A DNA stretch of 64,000 nt from positions 69,436 through 133,435 of IMG/VR virus record IMGVR_UViG_3300033571_022960; one strand, 5' to 3'. Numbering within the stretch: the stretch's first letter is position 1; each line of letters starts with the position of its first letter. The stretch comes from a virus. A model generated the notes under the pieces. It saw nothing but the letters and a program-made list of their open reading frames with translations, was not told the DNA's origin and made no database searches. Below are positions 9,758-20,217 of this stretch, piece after piece. Position numbers and translations under genes: made by a program.

Positions 9758-10049
9758 TCTACAAAAATCAAGATATTCTTTTTTTAATATAAATGAAGAA
9801 GTCTGGGTTAATCTTGATTTATTTAAACGAGATTGTAAATATAGATTTTATTTGGATGTCAATAAAATAGAGTATAGTGAATGTAAAATTGATAATACTA
9901 ATAATTTAATTGAAAGTTTTTATGGTACTGTTTTATATAAAAAAATGGATGATTATCCATTAACACATATTTACATTTCTAAAAATAAAATTGATTATGA
10001 TTTTATGAGAAAACATGGTTTAGATTATTTTTTAGTGTTAGGGAAATAA
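9732..10049 (+). CDS. KTLxNL family member 8
   Basis: MNLQKTITNLQKSRYSFFN. Confidence 0.75.
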   Translation: MNLQKTITNLQKSRYSFFNINEEVWVNLDLFKRDCKYRFYLDVNKIEYSECKIDNTNNLIESFYGTVLYKKMDDYPLTHIYISKNKIDYDFMRKHGLDYFLVLGK

Positions 10050-10191
10050 ATGCAAAATTTATTTTTTAATCCTTCACTTCTTTTTATATTATTATGGTTT
10101 TTTGCGTAAAACCTTTTAAAATAACACCTATATTTAATATTTTACTTTATTTTTATCATTTTTTTTATTAGATTTATTAGAAAATTAAAAA

Positions 10192-11034
10192 ATGAGAAAA
10201 GTAGTTTTAGATGAAGATATGGAGAAAGATATTGTTTCTTTGTATTGTGATATGCAAATAGGTATTGAGGAACTTTGTAAAACCTATTCGGTAGGTAAAT
10301 TAAGAATTAAAGAAATTTTAAATAAACATTCCATACCTATTAAAAAAAGAGGTGCTCAAAATATGTTTAGTGAGGAAGTTAATTTAACTGAATTTAAAGT
10401 TCCACCATTTATTATTGAATGTGATGAAAATGAAAAGGTTGTTGCAGTTTGCAAAAAAACTGGAAAACAATTTAATGATTACTCAAATAAAAGTGGTGCA
10501 TTATCTAAATATTATAAAGAAAATTTTCCTGAAATAGAAATTCCTACTGATAATATTCCTATTAAAAAATATTTCTTAGAAAATGGTAAAAATTGGTTTG
10601 AAGAATATTTTGATTTTAAGATAATTAAATTAAAAGAAACAAAGAAATGTCCTTATTGTGATTGGGAGACAACTGATATAGATAATAAAAGTGGTTATTT
10701 TCAAAAACACATAAAAAAAGTACATAATATAAATCCAGAAGATTACTTAAAAGAATATCCTAACGATATAAAATATTTTACAAATTTAAAAAATAATAAA
10801 GAAAGAATAGAAAAATTATCCAAAAATGATACAATTAAGTGTGAAATATGTGGTGAAGAAATGTTATTTATTGCTGGACATTTAATAAAACATGAAATTA
10901 CAATATCTGAATACAAAGATATGTTCCCAAATGCAAAAATAATGGGTTTAAATACTAAAGAATTGTTAAAAGAAATGGGATTCGTTAAAATTTATAATTG
11001 TGGTTTATTTAGATATGTATTAGATTTAAATTAA
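10192..11034 (+). CDS. Zinc-finger protein, probable internally deleted homing-endonuclease-associated relic
   Basis: CPYC..H...H and CEIC..H..H fingers; C-terminal GFVKIYNCG; no clear nuclease core; sits next to the capsid gene. Confidence 0.5.
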   Translation: MRKVVLDEDMEKDIVSLYCDMQIGIEELCKTYSVGKLRIKEILNKHSIPIKKRGAQNMFSEEVNLTEFKVPPFIIECDENEKVVAVCKKTGKQFNDYSNKSGALSKYYKENFPEIEIPTDNIPIKKYFLENGKNWFEEYFDFKIIKLKETKKCPYCDWETTDIDNKSGYFQKHIKKVHNINPEDYLKEYPNDIKYFTNLKNNKERIEKLSKNDTIKCEICGEEMLFIAGHLIKHEITISEYKDMFPNAKIMGLNTKELLKEMGFVKIYNCGLFRYVLDLN

Positions 11035-11062
11035 AAAAGGTGGGATATTAATCCCACCTTTT
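11035..11062. terminator. Bidirectional intrinsic terminator
   Basis: AAAAGGTGGGAT-ATTA-ATCCCACCTTTT between convergent genes. Confidence 0.85.
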
Positions 11063-11083
11063 AAAGATTAATTAAGAAAAAAA

Positions 11084-12805
11084 TTATCTTAATTCATTAA
11101 GATTGAAGGTTTGAACCCCATCAACCGTAATTTTACCGTAAAATCGGTTATTGACAACTTTTTTCGCGTATCTTGATGCAATACCCTTTACAGGTGTCAT
11201 AGTAAATGGATTATACATTACAGGAGTTAATTGTAATGGCACATAAGGTGCATAAATATAACCAGCATCTAACAATGATTTACCTTTATGACCAATCAAG
11301 ATAGTATTAGCAGGTGAATAAGGGTCACGGTAAACCGTGTAACGACCACTCAAAGAACCTACTTTCTCAATACCCATGTTATATTGGTCCTCTTCAGGTG
11401 CTGCGTTAGAAACGTGGAAATATTCCAAATCGTCAAGAATTGCAGATACCTCAGAAGATACAACGATAAAGTTAGCACCACCTCTCAAAGTAGATTTATG
11501 GATTTGAGCAGAGATTTGATTGATTTTAGTCATCAAAGTCTGATTCCAATCTTTTTGAGTGTAAGGTGTAAAACCGTTAGTACTAGAACGTTTCCAACCA
11601 TTATAGTCCCAACGTAATTTCCAAGCGGCAGCCTTACGTAAGTCACGTAAAATTTCACGGTCAATCTCAGCAGCAATTTGTTCTGATAATAGAGCAGTCA
11701 ATTCTGCTTCAGCATCAATGTTGTGGAATGCACTAACATCTTGCGCCATTTCAGGAGACCAAGTTGCTCTTAATTTTCTATCAGTAACAGCAACAGTTAC
11801 AGACTCAATGTCAAAAGTAACTTCTGCAATTTCTGCTTCAAATTCTAATGAATCATAAACTTTATAAGTAACTGTCAATGCAGATAAAGCAGGAACAGTA
11901 GAACCAGTATAACCAGTCACATCATCACAGTCAAAACAAGCAGGACTAGACAAATCTAATTCAATATAAAGTTTACCTTCTTGGTCACAAATATCGAAAT
12001 AAGATGCACTACCGAATTTAGAACCTGTACCACGAGTGTTAGCAACAATAGATTTACCGTATTTTTGAGTTACAACTCTAAAATCAACAACTGCATTACT
12101 ATTTGCAGTGTTAACAACCTTTAAAGATGCCAAAAATTCTTCGGTATCCATTTCATTACCACGACCATCTAATATTTTACCATAACCATCACTATTATTA
12201 ACAGTAAAACCAGTTAATTCTACAATTGCATATTTTGCAGTTGTACCAGCAATACTTGCAGGAACAGTATTTCCTGATGCATTTAAAGTAACATAACGAC
12301 TAGCGGTTAAATTAACAGTAGTTGCTTTACCTTTAGTTCTGTCGAATAAAGAATTATCATAATCTGATTCTTGATAGAAACTGTCATACAAAGATTTAGT
12401 TTCATAAGCAGGACCACCAGTAGTATTTGGCCAACCGTAAGGTTTGTCATGAGAACCATCAGAATTTCTTACAGAAATCTTAGGGTTAAAGTAGAACAAT
12501 TTACCGATTGGTAAGTTCATTGCTTGAACTGAAACGATGTCATTTGCCAAAAGTTTAGAGAATACTCTACGTACAATTGGGAATACAACTGTTTCAAATG
12601 AACCTGAACTATCAGTAGTAGTTGCTTCATTGATTAGGTATGATGCTTGGTTTTCATACAATTGAGCAATGTTTTCTTTTAAATGACCTTTAAGACCATC
12701 TAAGAAACCTGCTTCATCCCACTTGCGAATAGTGGTTTTTCTCGCCTCTTTAATTTGGTTTAATCCGATATTTCCGAATTCACCACTTGATAAAATACTT
12801 CCCAT
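11084..12805 (-). CDS. Major capsid protein (T4 gp23-like)
   Basis: VSVQAMNLPIGKLFY, RKLRATWSPEMAQD, AEIDREI, YIYAPYVPL, GIASRYA motifs; INE/A propeptide-type site. Confidence 0.95.
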   Translation of the reverse strand: MGSILSSGEFGNIGLNQIKEARKTTIRKWDEAGFLDGLKGHLKENIAQLYENQASYLINEATTTDSSGSFETVVFPIVRRVFSKLLANDIVSVQAMNLPIGKLFYFNPKISVRNSDGSHDKPYGWPNTTGGPAYETKSLYDSFYQESDYDNSLFDRTKGKATTVNLTASRYVTLNASGNTVPASIAGTTAKYAIVELTGFTVNNSDGYGKILDGRGNEMDTEEFLASLKVVNTANSNAVVDFRVVTQKYGKSIVANTRGTGSKFGSASYFDICDQEGKLYIELDLSSPACFDCDDVTGYTGSTVPALSALTVTYKVYDSLEFEAEIAEVTFDIESVTVAVTDRKLRATWSPEMAQDVSAFHNIDAEAELTALLSEQIAAEIDREILRDLRKAAAWKLRWDYNGWKRSSTNGFTPYTQKDWNQTLMTKINQISAQIHKSTLRGGANFIVVSSEVSAILDDLEYFHVSNAAPEEDQYNMGIEKVGSLSGRYTVYRDPYSPANTILIGHKGKSLLDAGYIYAPYVPLQLTPVMYNPFTMTPVKGIASRYAKKVVNNRFYGKITVDGVQTFNLNELR

Positions 12806-12824
12806 ATTAATTTATTTAGTTTTT

Positions 12825-14099
12825 TTAGGAATTTTTATTGAACGTAAAGTTCATTAATTGTTTCATTCTTTCTGTTTGAGGGTCACGATATACAGTTTCC
12901 CCAATCAGTTGTTTACTTGTACCACTTGCAATTTGTTTATCAATATTCTCAACGATATTTTGTGATTTTGATTTTTGTTTCATTTCATTCATAATTTGTC
13001 TATAAATGTTTTTTGATTCTTTTAAATCAGTAACACCTTCAAAACGTTTAACAATATCAATTTTTTCTTGCTTAGTAGTTGTATTTTCTGTGAAAAGTCT
13101 AATCATGTGTGAAAAATTAGAATTAAATACTGCAACTTCATTTAGTTTTCCTCTAAAATGATTTAATGCAGATTTATATTCTTCATTTAAACTTTTGAAT
13201 TTAGAAAGGGTTTCTTTAAGTTCTTTGTTTTCATTCTTAATTTTAACCATTTCTTTTTTCAATTCCACACTTTCATTAGTTCTTTCAGCAGGTCTTTTTA
13301 ATTTATCAGGAAAAGACTTATCTTTAGAAACCATCTTTCTACCATTTGAGTGGGTTCTTGATGCTTCTTCCAAATCATCCATTTCATCTAAATCAATTTC
13401 TTCAATTTCATATACAGATTCTTGTGTTGGTTCTGTTTCTTCACTTCCAAAAAGTAAATCCATTTTTTCTGAATCTTCATCTTCTGAAAGTTCAATTTCA
13501 TAAACCAAATCTGATTCATCCATATCCATGTCAATGTCTTTACCTTCTTCTGATTCAGTTCTAATTAAGTATTCTTCATCACCATCACGTAATGAAATAT
13601 CCCCACCATCCTGGTGAACTTCAATTTCATCATCTGCAGTCATTTTCTTGAATACTTTAACTATTTCTTCATCATTCATTTGGGTTAAGTCCATAACACC
13701 ACCATCATCAACTAAAGAATCTTCTAAAGAAGGTGAGGGTAATTCTGAATCCAAATCTGATACTTCTGAATCAACATCTAACATTGGAGTTTCATCTGAA
13801 ACTTCATCTGACATTGGTTCATCTAATGATGGTTCTATTTCTGTCGCATCAGAAACTTCTTCATCTGTTTCTACATCACCCATGTTAACATCAGTATCAA
13901 CTTCTGTTTCATCATTTTCGGTGTCTGTGTTGTCTTTTTCTTCATCATCCAATTCAGTCACTAAAGACTCTTTTACAAGTTGGTTAATTTCTTCTCTCAT
14001 TTGTGATTGAAGTGTTTCTTTTACTTGTTTCTTGAAGATTTTCTCGATTTGCGATGCTTCGAGTAATGCCTCTTCAATTACGGATTTTTTTTCACTCAT
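12825..14099 (-). CDS. Prohead core/scaffold protein (start corrected to ATG14099)
   Basis: Highly acidic with a coiled-coil C-terminus, directly upstream of the capsid gene; late motif 14152-14159. Confidence 0.8.
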   Translation of the reverse strand: MSEKKSVIEEALLEASQIEKIFKKQVKETLQSQMREEINQLVKESLVTELDDEEKDNTDTENDETEVDTDVNMGDVETDEEVSDATEIEPSLDEPMSDEVSDETPMLDVDSEVSDLDSELPSPSLEDSLVDDGGVMDLTQMNDEEIVKVFKKMTADDEIEVHQDGGDISLRDGDEEYLIRTESEEGKDIDMDMDESDLVYEIELSEDEDSEKMDLLFGSEETEPTQESVYEIEEIDLDEMDDLEEASRTHSNGRKMVSKDKSFPDKLKRPAERTNESVELKKEMVKIKNENKELKETLSKFKSLNEEYKSALNHFRGKLNEVAVFNSNFSHMIRLFTENTTTKQEKIDIVKRFEGVTDLKESKNIYRQIMNEMKQKSKSQNIVENIDKQIASGTSKQLIGETVYRDPQTERMKQLMNFTFNKNS

Positions 14100-14250
14100 T
14101 TTAAATATTTGTAAAAAATTAAAAATTATGTTGCATTGCAACGATTATGATATAAATATATCGTTTTTTGAAAAATTCTATTTTTTATAAAAAAAATTAA
14201 AATATTTTTTTGCAATTGATTTTATGAAAAAAAAATTGTAGTTTTGTTAA

Positions 14251-14496
14251 ATGAAAACTTTTTTTGAAATATCTGAATTAAAAGAATCAAAAAATAAAGA
14301 TTGGGTTATAGATATTCTAAACCGTTTTGGATTGAGTACAACCAATTATAGTTTATCTTATAAAAACAACCAAGTAGTTATTTACTCTGGTAATCATAAA
14401 ATTATTTCAAAAGAAATAAACGGTAAAACCCAATACGAAATGTATTCACAAATACCACCACTTCATAAACATCCAAAAAAAACAATTATTATATGA
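14251..14496 (+). CDS. Hypothetical protein
   Basis: 81-aa ORF; TAGTTTTG box 4 nt upstream. Confidence 0.65.
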   Translation: MKTFFEISELKESKNKDWVIDILNRFGLSTTNYSLSYKNNQVVIYSGNHKIISKEINGKTQYEMYSQIPPLHKHPKKTIII

Positions 14497-15590
14497 AAGA
14501 AATACAAAACTCAATAACATTCTATACCTCATCTTTTGAGGATTTGGTTTTTCTTTATGAAAGAGAAAGACAAATTAATTTAAAATATAAAAAAAGTTTC
14601 AATAATGTTAATCTAACTAAGTTTGATGAAAAGTGGGGTAAATATACATTTAAAGAATCAGATTATTCATATTTAAAAAATAAAGAATTAAAAGTTTCTC
14701 TTTTTAATAAATTTTATATTATTAACGAAACTTTGGAACTATCCAAAGAAAATAAAGTTGATAAAACTATTTATCTTTTTACAAAAGACAGTTATGAAAA
14801 CTCTGGAAAAATAAGTAGATTTATTTTGTTTTATGAACAAGAAACTGATTTAGTTAAGGAAATAATAAAGGATATTATTAATTGTATGGAGGATTTGGAA
14901 AAAACTGAAAAATCAACATTAAATATTATTATTGATGATGGTGGAAATTTAAGATTAAAACCATTTCAAATTTCTTCAAAGGAAATTAATTTTGATAAAC
15001 ATTATAATAAATCATGCAAAGAATTTGTTGATGAATTATTGGATAAAGTTAAATTGGAAAAAGGTTTATTCTTAATGCATGGAAAACCTGGGACTGGTAA
15101 AACATCCCTAATAAGATGGATTATTAGTGTTTTAGATAAAAAAATGATTTATATTCCACCTGAAATGACAAGTGTAATATCAAATCCAAATTTCATTAAA
15201 TTTTTAATGAACCATCCAAAATCAATTCTTGTTATTGAGGATGCTGAAACCGTATTAATGAAAAGAACAAGTGGTGGAAGTTCTGCAATTCAAAATATCT
15301 TAAATCTTTGTGATGGTTTATTGTCTGATATGTTGCAAATACAAGTTATTGCAACTTTTAATACCGATATTAAGGATATTGACCCTGCATTATTAAGACC
15401 TGGTAGATTAAATGGTATATACGAATTTAAGGAATTGGATGATGATATTGCAAAAAATTTATGTCATGAATTGGGTGTTGATTTCGATTCTTTAAGGGAA
15501 AAAACTTTGGCAGAAATCTTTAATTCAAATGATAAATTTTCTTTTAACAAAAAGGTTGTTAGAAAATCAATTGGTTTCTCAAGTAAATAA
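14493..15590 (+). CDS. AAA+ ATPase
   Basis: GKPGTGKT Walker A, LVIEDAE Walker B, DPALLRPGRL second region of homology. Confidence 0.85.
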   Translation: MKEIQNSITFYTSSFEDLVFLYERERQINLKYKKSFNNVNLTKFDEKWGKYTFKESDYSYLKNKELKVSLFNKFYIINETLELSKENKVDKTIYLFTKDSYENSGKISRFILFYEQETDLVKEIIKDIINCMEDLEKTEKSTLNIIIDDGGNLRLKPFQISSKEINFDKHYNKSCKEFVDELLDKVKLEKGLFLMHGKPGTGKTSLIRWIISVLDKKMIYIPPEMTSVISNPNFIKFLMNHPKSILVIEDAETVLMKRTSGGSSAIQNILNLCDGLLSDMLQIQVIATFNTDIKDIDPALLRPGRLNGIYEFKELDDDIAKNLCHELGVDFDSLREKTLAEIFNSNDKFSFNKKVVRKSIGFSSK

Positions 15591-15975
15591 TATAAAATGT
15601 ATAAAGGAATTGTAGAAAATATTCGTAATTTTAAGTGGGGTAATATTTTTATAATAAATGTTTATATCAAGTTATTGATATAAAAAAAACAAATTTAAAT
15701 ATAAATGATTTTGTTGAGGTAGTGTTTTAAAAACTCCTGATAAACCTATTACCAACACCAATAAAAATACATCTTGAAATCAAGGATATTATTGAAAAAA
15801 ATGATTGGATAAGTCTTAATAATTATATTTCTTCATTTATAAATCCTGATACACACATAGGAATATTAAGAACAATTTTGGTTGCAATTAAAACTTTTAG
15901 GAATAAACTAGAAATAAAAAGTAGTATTGATAAAATATCTGAACTTTTACAATCTAAAATAACCAAACCACTATT

Positions 15976-16218
15976 ATGAAAGAAGGAAAATTAAATACCA
16001 ACATAAAAGATAGGGTAGTAACACCAAAGGAAGAAGTTTTACCACCACCTTCTGCAATTAATCAGAAAATAATCTTAGAATTATCAAATGATGATGCAAA
16101 AAAAATTCTTCATTGTCTAATGAGAACAAATGCAAGAAATAATAATAGTGGTTTAACAAATATTCTTGATGTTTGTGAAAGGGTTGAAAAGGAATTATAT
16201 GAAAAAATTAGTTGGTAA
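15976..16218 (+). CDS. Hypothetical protein
   Basis: 80-aa ORF. Confidence 0.6.
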   Translation: MKEGKLNTNIKDRVVTPKEEVLPPPSAINQKIILELSNDDAKKILHCLMRTNARNNNSGLTNILDVCERVEKELYEKISW

Positions 16219-16219
16219 T

Positions 16220-16486
16220 TTAATCATAAAATTCATCAGTAACTCCACCAGTTTGTCCTAAATATTTTGGAAATCTTGGTTTTACTCTACCTACAAGTAA
16301 TACATTTGCATTACCAGAACCAACCGTTTCAACTTTTAAATCAAATGTGTTGGGTCCTGATAAAGAAAGTGATTGTCCGTTAAATGTAACTGAATAAGGT
16401 CCTGCACCATTAACAACAACTCTATAAAAAAGATGTGTATTGGTGTTTGCAGATGTGGATGGAATTATTATATCGTTTACGTTCAT
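16220..16486 (-). CDS. Small late protein (possible virion component)
   Basis: Beta-rich 88 aa; ATAAATAT (minus-strand late motif) at 16496-16503. Confidence 0.6.
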   Translation of the reverse strand: MNVNDIIIPSTSANTNTHLFYRVVVNGAGPYSVTFNGQSLSLSGPNTFDLKVETVGSGNANVLLVGRVKPRFPKYLGQTGGVTDEFYD

Positions 16487-16538
16487 TTTTATTTTATAAA
16501 TATTTGATTTTTTGAAAAATTTTTATTAAATTTGAGTA

Positions 16539-16748
16539 ATGAATACTTTTGGTAAACTTATTGATGATATAAGAAAAGAAATAAAATATATTAATATTAG
16601 TTTTGAGGAAGTTCCTTTTGGTGAAATTATGACGATAAAAATACCAAATAAACCAAATCGAATGATTGTAATAAATAGTAAATTAATAAATAATAAAGAT
16701 TATACTGATATATTAGAAACATCAATTAAAACCTTAAAATTATTTTAA
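16539..16748 (+). CDS. Hypothetical protein
   Basis: TAAATTTG box 4 nt upstream of ATG. Confidence 0.6.
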   Translation: MNTFGKLIDDIRKEIKYINISFEEVPFGEIMTIKIPNKPNRMIVINSKLINNKDYTDILETSIKTLKLF

Positions 16749-16749
16749 A

Positions 16750-16995
16750 ATGAAAAATAAGTATCAAAACGAAAAACAAAAAGTATTTAATCCAAATTTC
16801 AATGATAATCACCCCGAAAAAAAATCAGATGAAATATTTTTAATAAATTTAAAAGAAGGTAAAGAAAATAATTTCAATAACATTGACTTTATAACAGATA
16901 TTAGAGCAGGTAATACTGCATATACTAATACTGGTGATATAGTTGAAGGATTTAAACCCTTATTTGGTAAATTAATATGTAGATGGACTCAATAA
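16750..16995 (+). CDS. Hypothetical protein
   Basis: 81-aa ORF in operon. Confidence 0.6.
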   Translation: MKNKYQNEKQKVFNPNFNDNHPEKKSDEIFLINLKEGKENNFNNIDFITDIRAGNTAYTNTGDIVEGFKPLFGKLICRWTQ

Positions 16996-17570
16996 TTAAA
17001 AAGTGTAAAGGTAATATTTTTGAAAAAAGTGGTATTAATATTTTATATCCTATTATAATAAAAGATTGGGATGAAGATGACCCTCTTGGTGGGTTTTGTG
17101 GGTTTGATAAAACAATTCATATAAATAAACATATTATTAATAATAATGGATTATTAAATAGAGTTGTATATCACGAATTTTTACATTTATTCTTACAAGT
17201 TGATACAAAATTATTTTATGATGTTTTGAGGGATAGATTTATATCAACCTATTTCTTTTACTTAAACAAATATTGCAATAAATACCAAGTGGTAATAATA
17301 AATCCAGATTGTGATGTTTGGGTTAAATTTAAACAAACCAATAGTGAGGGACTTAGAAATCAAAGTAAATTGAGAAAAAACAACTCTTTATCAAATAATT
17401 ACAATCAATTTACTATGTTAACTGAATTTATTGTTCATAATTCAGATTATTATTTTAATATAAATTTTAATGATGTAGTATTTGAGGATAAAACTATTTT
17501 AGAAATGAACAAATTTGTTTTTAATTTAGTTTTGGATAATATAGATAAACATAGTAAATTAAAAAATTAA
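16983..17570 (+). CDS. Putative zincin-like metallopeptidase
   Basis: VVYHEFLHLF (HExxH) preceded by GGFCG..TIHIN. Confidence 0.5.
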   Translation: MDSIIKKCKGNIFEKSGINILYPIIIKDWDEDDPLGGFCGFDKTIHINKHIINNNGLLNRVVYHEFLHLFLQVDTKLFYDVLRDRFISTYFFYLNKYCNKYQVVIINPDCDVWVKFKQTNSEGLRNQSKLRKNNSLSNNYNQFTMLTEFIVHNSDYYFNINFNDVVFEDKTILEMNKFVFNLVLDNIDKHSKLKN

Positions 17571-17595
17571 TTATTAAACAAAAAAGGTATTAATT

Positions 17596-18150
17596 ATGAT
17601 AAACAAAGAAAAATTAAAAGATATTGCATTGAATGCAATTAAAACTAAAGATTTTCATAAACTTAGATATATAGGTCAAACAATTGATTGTTTGTTGTTT
17701 GAACCTGAATATTCAGATGATGAACAATTATATATTTTATTTACAAAAATTAGTAAATTATTAAATAATAATGATTTTGATTTATTACACAAATTAGAAG
17801 TTACAAATTATCCTGATTTGGATGAAATAGGTTTCCCTAAATGTGAAACTTTTGATAATTTAAATGAAATATTCATTGTTGAGATGCGTAATAAAAAAGG
17901 TGAAACTGTCCCCTGTTGTTTCGTTTCTGATTCTATGGAAAAGGTTAAAAAATGGATGAAAGAAAATACTGATTTTTCATACGGTTTTTGGTATTGGGCA
18001 ATATTAAAAGGACAAGTTAATGGTTTAGGTTTTAATTTATATAAAGTTTATGATAAAAATGGTAATCTATTAGATGAAGAACCAATCCAAAAAAGTTTCT
18101 TTGAAAAATTATTAATAAATATTTTTACAAATAAAACTGAAATACTTTGA
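17596..18150 (+). CDS. Hypothetical protein
   Basis: 184-aa ORF. Confidence 0.7.
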   Translation: MINKEKLKDIALNAIKTKDFHKLRYIGQTIDCLLFEPEYSDDEQLYILFTKISKLLNNNDFDLLHKLEVTNYPDLDEIGFPKCETFDNLNEIFIVEMRNKKGETVPCCFVSDSMEKVKKWMKENTDFSYGFWYWAILKGQVNGLGFNLYKVYDKNGNLLDEEPIQKSFFEKLLINIFTNKTEIL

Positions 18151-18482
18151 ATTTAAAAAATACTTTAGAAAATCTTAAAAAATCAAAAAATAGTTTTTTT
18201 AATACCACTAGTGGTATGGTAGTTTGGTTTGATATATATAAGGAAAATTTAGAGGTGTATAGTGAAGGTGCATTTATTTTTAAGTTAAAAGACACTAAAG
18301 AAATCAATAAACATTTTATTGATTGGAATTTTAAATATGGTGATAATGATTTTAAAGAATCTAAAATGATACCAACAATAATCTTCAATTTTTACATTGA
18401 AACCCCTTCATATAATATTCCGTTTCATAGAAATAGTTTTAAATATCTTAGAAAAAAAGATTTTTTAATTAGAATCAAATGA
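18147..18482 (+). CDS. KTLxNL family member 9 (TTG start)
   Basis: MNLKNTLENLKKSKNSFFN. Confidence 0.7.
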   Translation: MNLKNTLENLKKSKNSFFNTTSGMVVWFDIYKENLEVYSEGAFIFKLKDTKEINKHFIDWNFKYGDNDFKESKMIPTIIFNFYIETPSYNIPFHRNSFKYLRKKDFLIRIK

Positions 18483-19027
18483 TAATTAGTTTAGGTCACA
18501 GAAGGAGAGTTGGTAAAAATGAAGGTGCAAACTTTCTTTTACACTATATTAATGAACAATATAAAGGTACTGTTGAAATAATTTCTTTTGCAGATAAAGT
18601 TAAGGATATGTCATTTGATTTATATGGTCATTATGGATTAAAAGAAAAAGAATTCTATGAGAAAAATCCACAATTTCGTGAACAACCTTTGCCAATAATA
18701 AACAAATCCCCAAGAGAAATTTGGATTGAATTCGGAAACAAAAATCGTGAAATTCATTCAAATGTGTGGGTTGATTGGGTAAAAAATAAAATCCCTAATT
18801 ATGATAATGTTATTATTCCTGATTTAAGGTTTGAAAATGAGGGTAATATGATTCATGAAATGGGTGGTGTTTGTGTACGTATTGATAATCCAAGAATTCC
18901 ACATTCAAATGATGTATCTGATTGTGCATTGGAAAATTGGAATGGGTGGGATTTTATTATTGACAATAATGGAACATTGGAAGAATTTTATCAGAAATTA
19001 ATTTATGTTTATAAAAAATTGAAGTGA
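18479..19027 (+). CDS. Deoxynucleoside monophosphate kinase
   Basis: LGHRRRVGK P-loop variant, SFADKVK, IPDLRFENE motifs of phage dNMP kinases. Confidence 0.8.
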   Translation: MIISLGHRRRVGKNEGANFLLHYINEQYKGTVEIISFADKVKDMSFDLYGHYGLKEKEFYEKNPQFREQPLPIINKSPREIWIEFGNKNREIHSNVWVDWVKNKIPNYDNVIIPDLRFENEGNMIHEMGGVCVRIDNPRIPHSNDVSDCALENWNGWDFIIDNNGTLEEFYQKLIYVYKKLK

Positions 19028-20184
19028 TGAAAATTAATATAAATAATTTAAAAATAACACCAAAAAATTTAGTAAATAAATTTCAATTATCGGTTTTTAA
19101 TCCTGATGATGAGATTTTAGAATGGGTAAAATATCACAATTTTCAGAATAATTCTGATAAAGGGTTTTTAAATATTGAAATAAATAAACCTTTAGAAGAA
19201 TTATTTTTAGAATTACCACATTTTAGTTATATTGATGGTTTTTCACCAAATCTCAATAAAAAATTACATATAGGACATTTTTCCAATTTTGTTATTGCAA
19301 AAAGTTTTGTTAATTTAGATATTGCAGAAAATCTAATTTCTATTTATGGTGATACATTAGAAGGATTATCAAAAGAAGAATCTTTAGTAAATTTAAGAAA
19401 ATATCAAGAACTTTTTAATTTTAAACCTCAAAAAGAATTTTTTGCATCAGAAATGAATTATTCTGATTTATTAAAAGAAGGTGATGGTGATTATAAAGGT
19501 TGTAAAATATTTGATATTGATGGAGAAAAAATTGTTGGTATAAAAAGTAATGGTAATTCTTCTTATTTTTATCAAGATGTTGCACTTGCAAGTATTCTGA
19601 ATAAACCAACCATTTATTTAACTGGTCATGAACAAACTAATCATTTTAATTCATTAAAAAAATTATTTCCATATATTCATCATATTGGTTTAGGTTTAGT
19701 TAAAGTATCAGGTAAAAAAATGAGTTCTCGTGAGGGTAATGTTTTATTAATGGAAGAAATTTTAGATATTATTTATAATGAATTTAATGATTATGAATTA
19801 ACTTATAATATATTTGCAGGTAACATATTAAAATCAAATCCAGAATCTGATAAAAACATTGATTTAAATTTATTGTCAAATCCAAAAAATAGTTTAGGTT
19901 TATATATTTCTTATACAACTGCACGTCTAATATCCGCTGGTTGTGATTTAAATTATAATTTAAATGATGAAGAATTGGAATTTTTATTATATAAATCAAA
20001 ATTTAATTTAAAACCAAATATACTTTTTAATGGTTTGGTTGATTATTGTAAAATGGTTAATTTAAAATATTCTGAATTAAAAATAAAGGATAATCCTGAT
20101 AATAAAAAATTATTTGAAAATTATTTGGGTAATATAAATTATTGTTTACAAATATTAGGTTTATTTTTGATTAAAAAAGTATGA
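19024..20184 (+). CDS. argS: Arginyl-tRNA synthetase-like protein (truncated)
   Basis: SPNLNKKLHIGH, YFYQDVA, GHEQTNHF, KKMSSREGN; only 386 aa. Confidence 0.75.
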   Translation: MMKININNLKITPKNLVNKFQLSVFNPDDEILEWVKYHNFQNNSDKGFLNIEINKPLEELFLELPHFSYIDGFSPNLNKKLHIGHFSNFVIAKSFVNLDIAENLISIYGDTLEGLSKEESLVNLRKYQELFNFKPQKEFFASEMNYSDLLKEGDGDYKGCKIFDIDGEKIVGIKSNGNSSYFYQDVALASILNKPTIYLTGHEQTNHFNSLKKLFPYIHHIGLGLVKVSGKKMSSREGNVLLMEEILDIIYNEFNDYELTYNIFAGNILKSNPESDKNIDLNLLSNPKNSLGLYISYTTARLISAGCDLNYNLNDEELEFLLYKSKFNLKPNILFNGLVDYCKMVNLKYSELKIKDNPDNKKLFENYLGNINYCLQILGLFLIKKV

Positions 20185-20217
20185 TACCAAAAAATTTATC
20201 AGAAAAGAAAAAAATTT

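Noticed and set aside
11384-14010. Antisense ORFs inside the capsid and scaffold genes (11384, 13195, 13346, 13648)
   Set aside because: Shadow frames of strongly supported genes; Ser-rich translations reflect the acidic codons on the other strand
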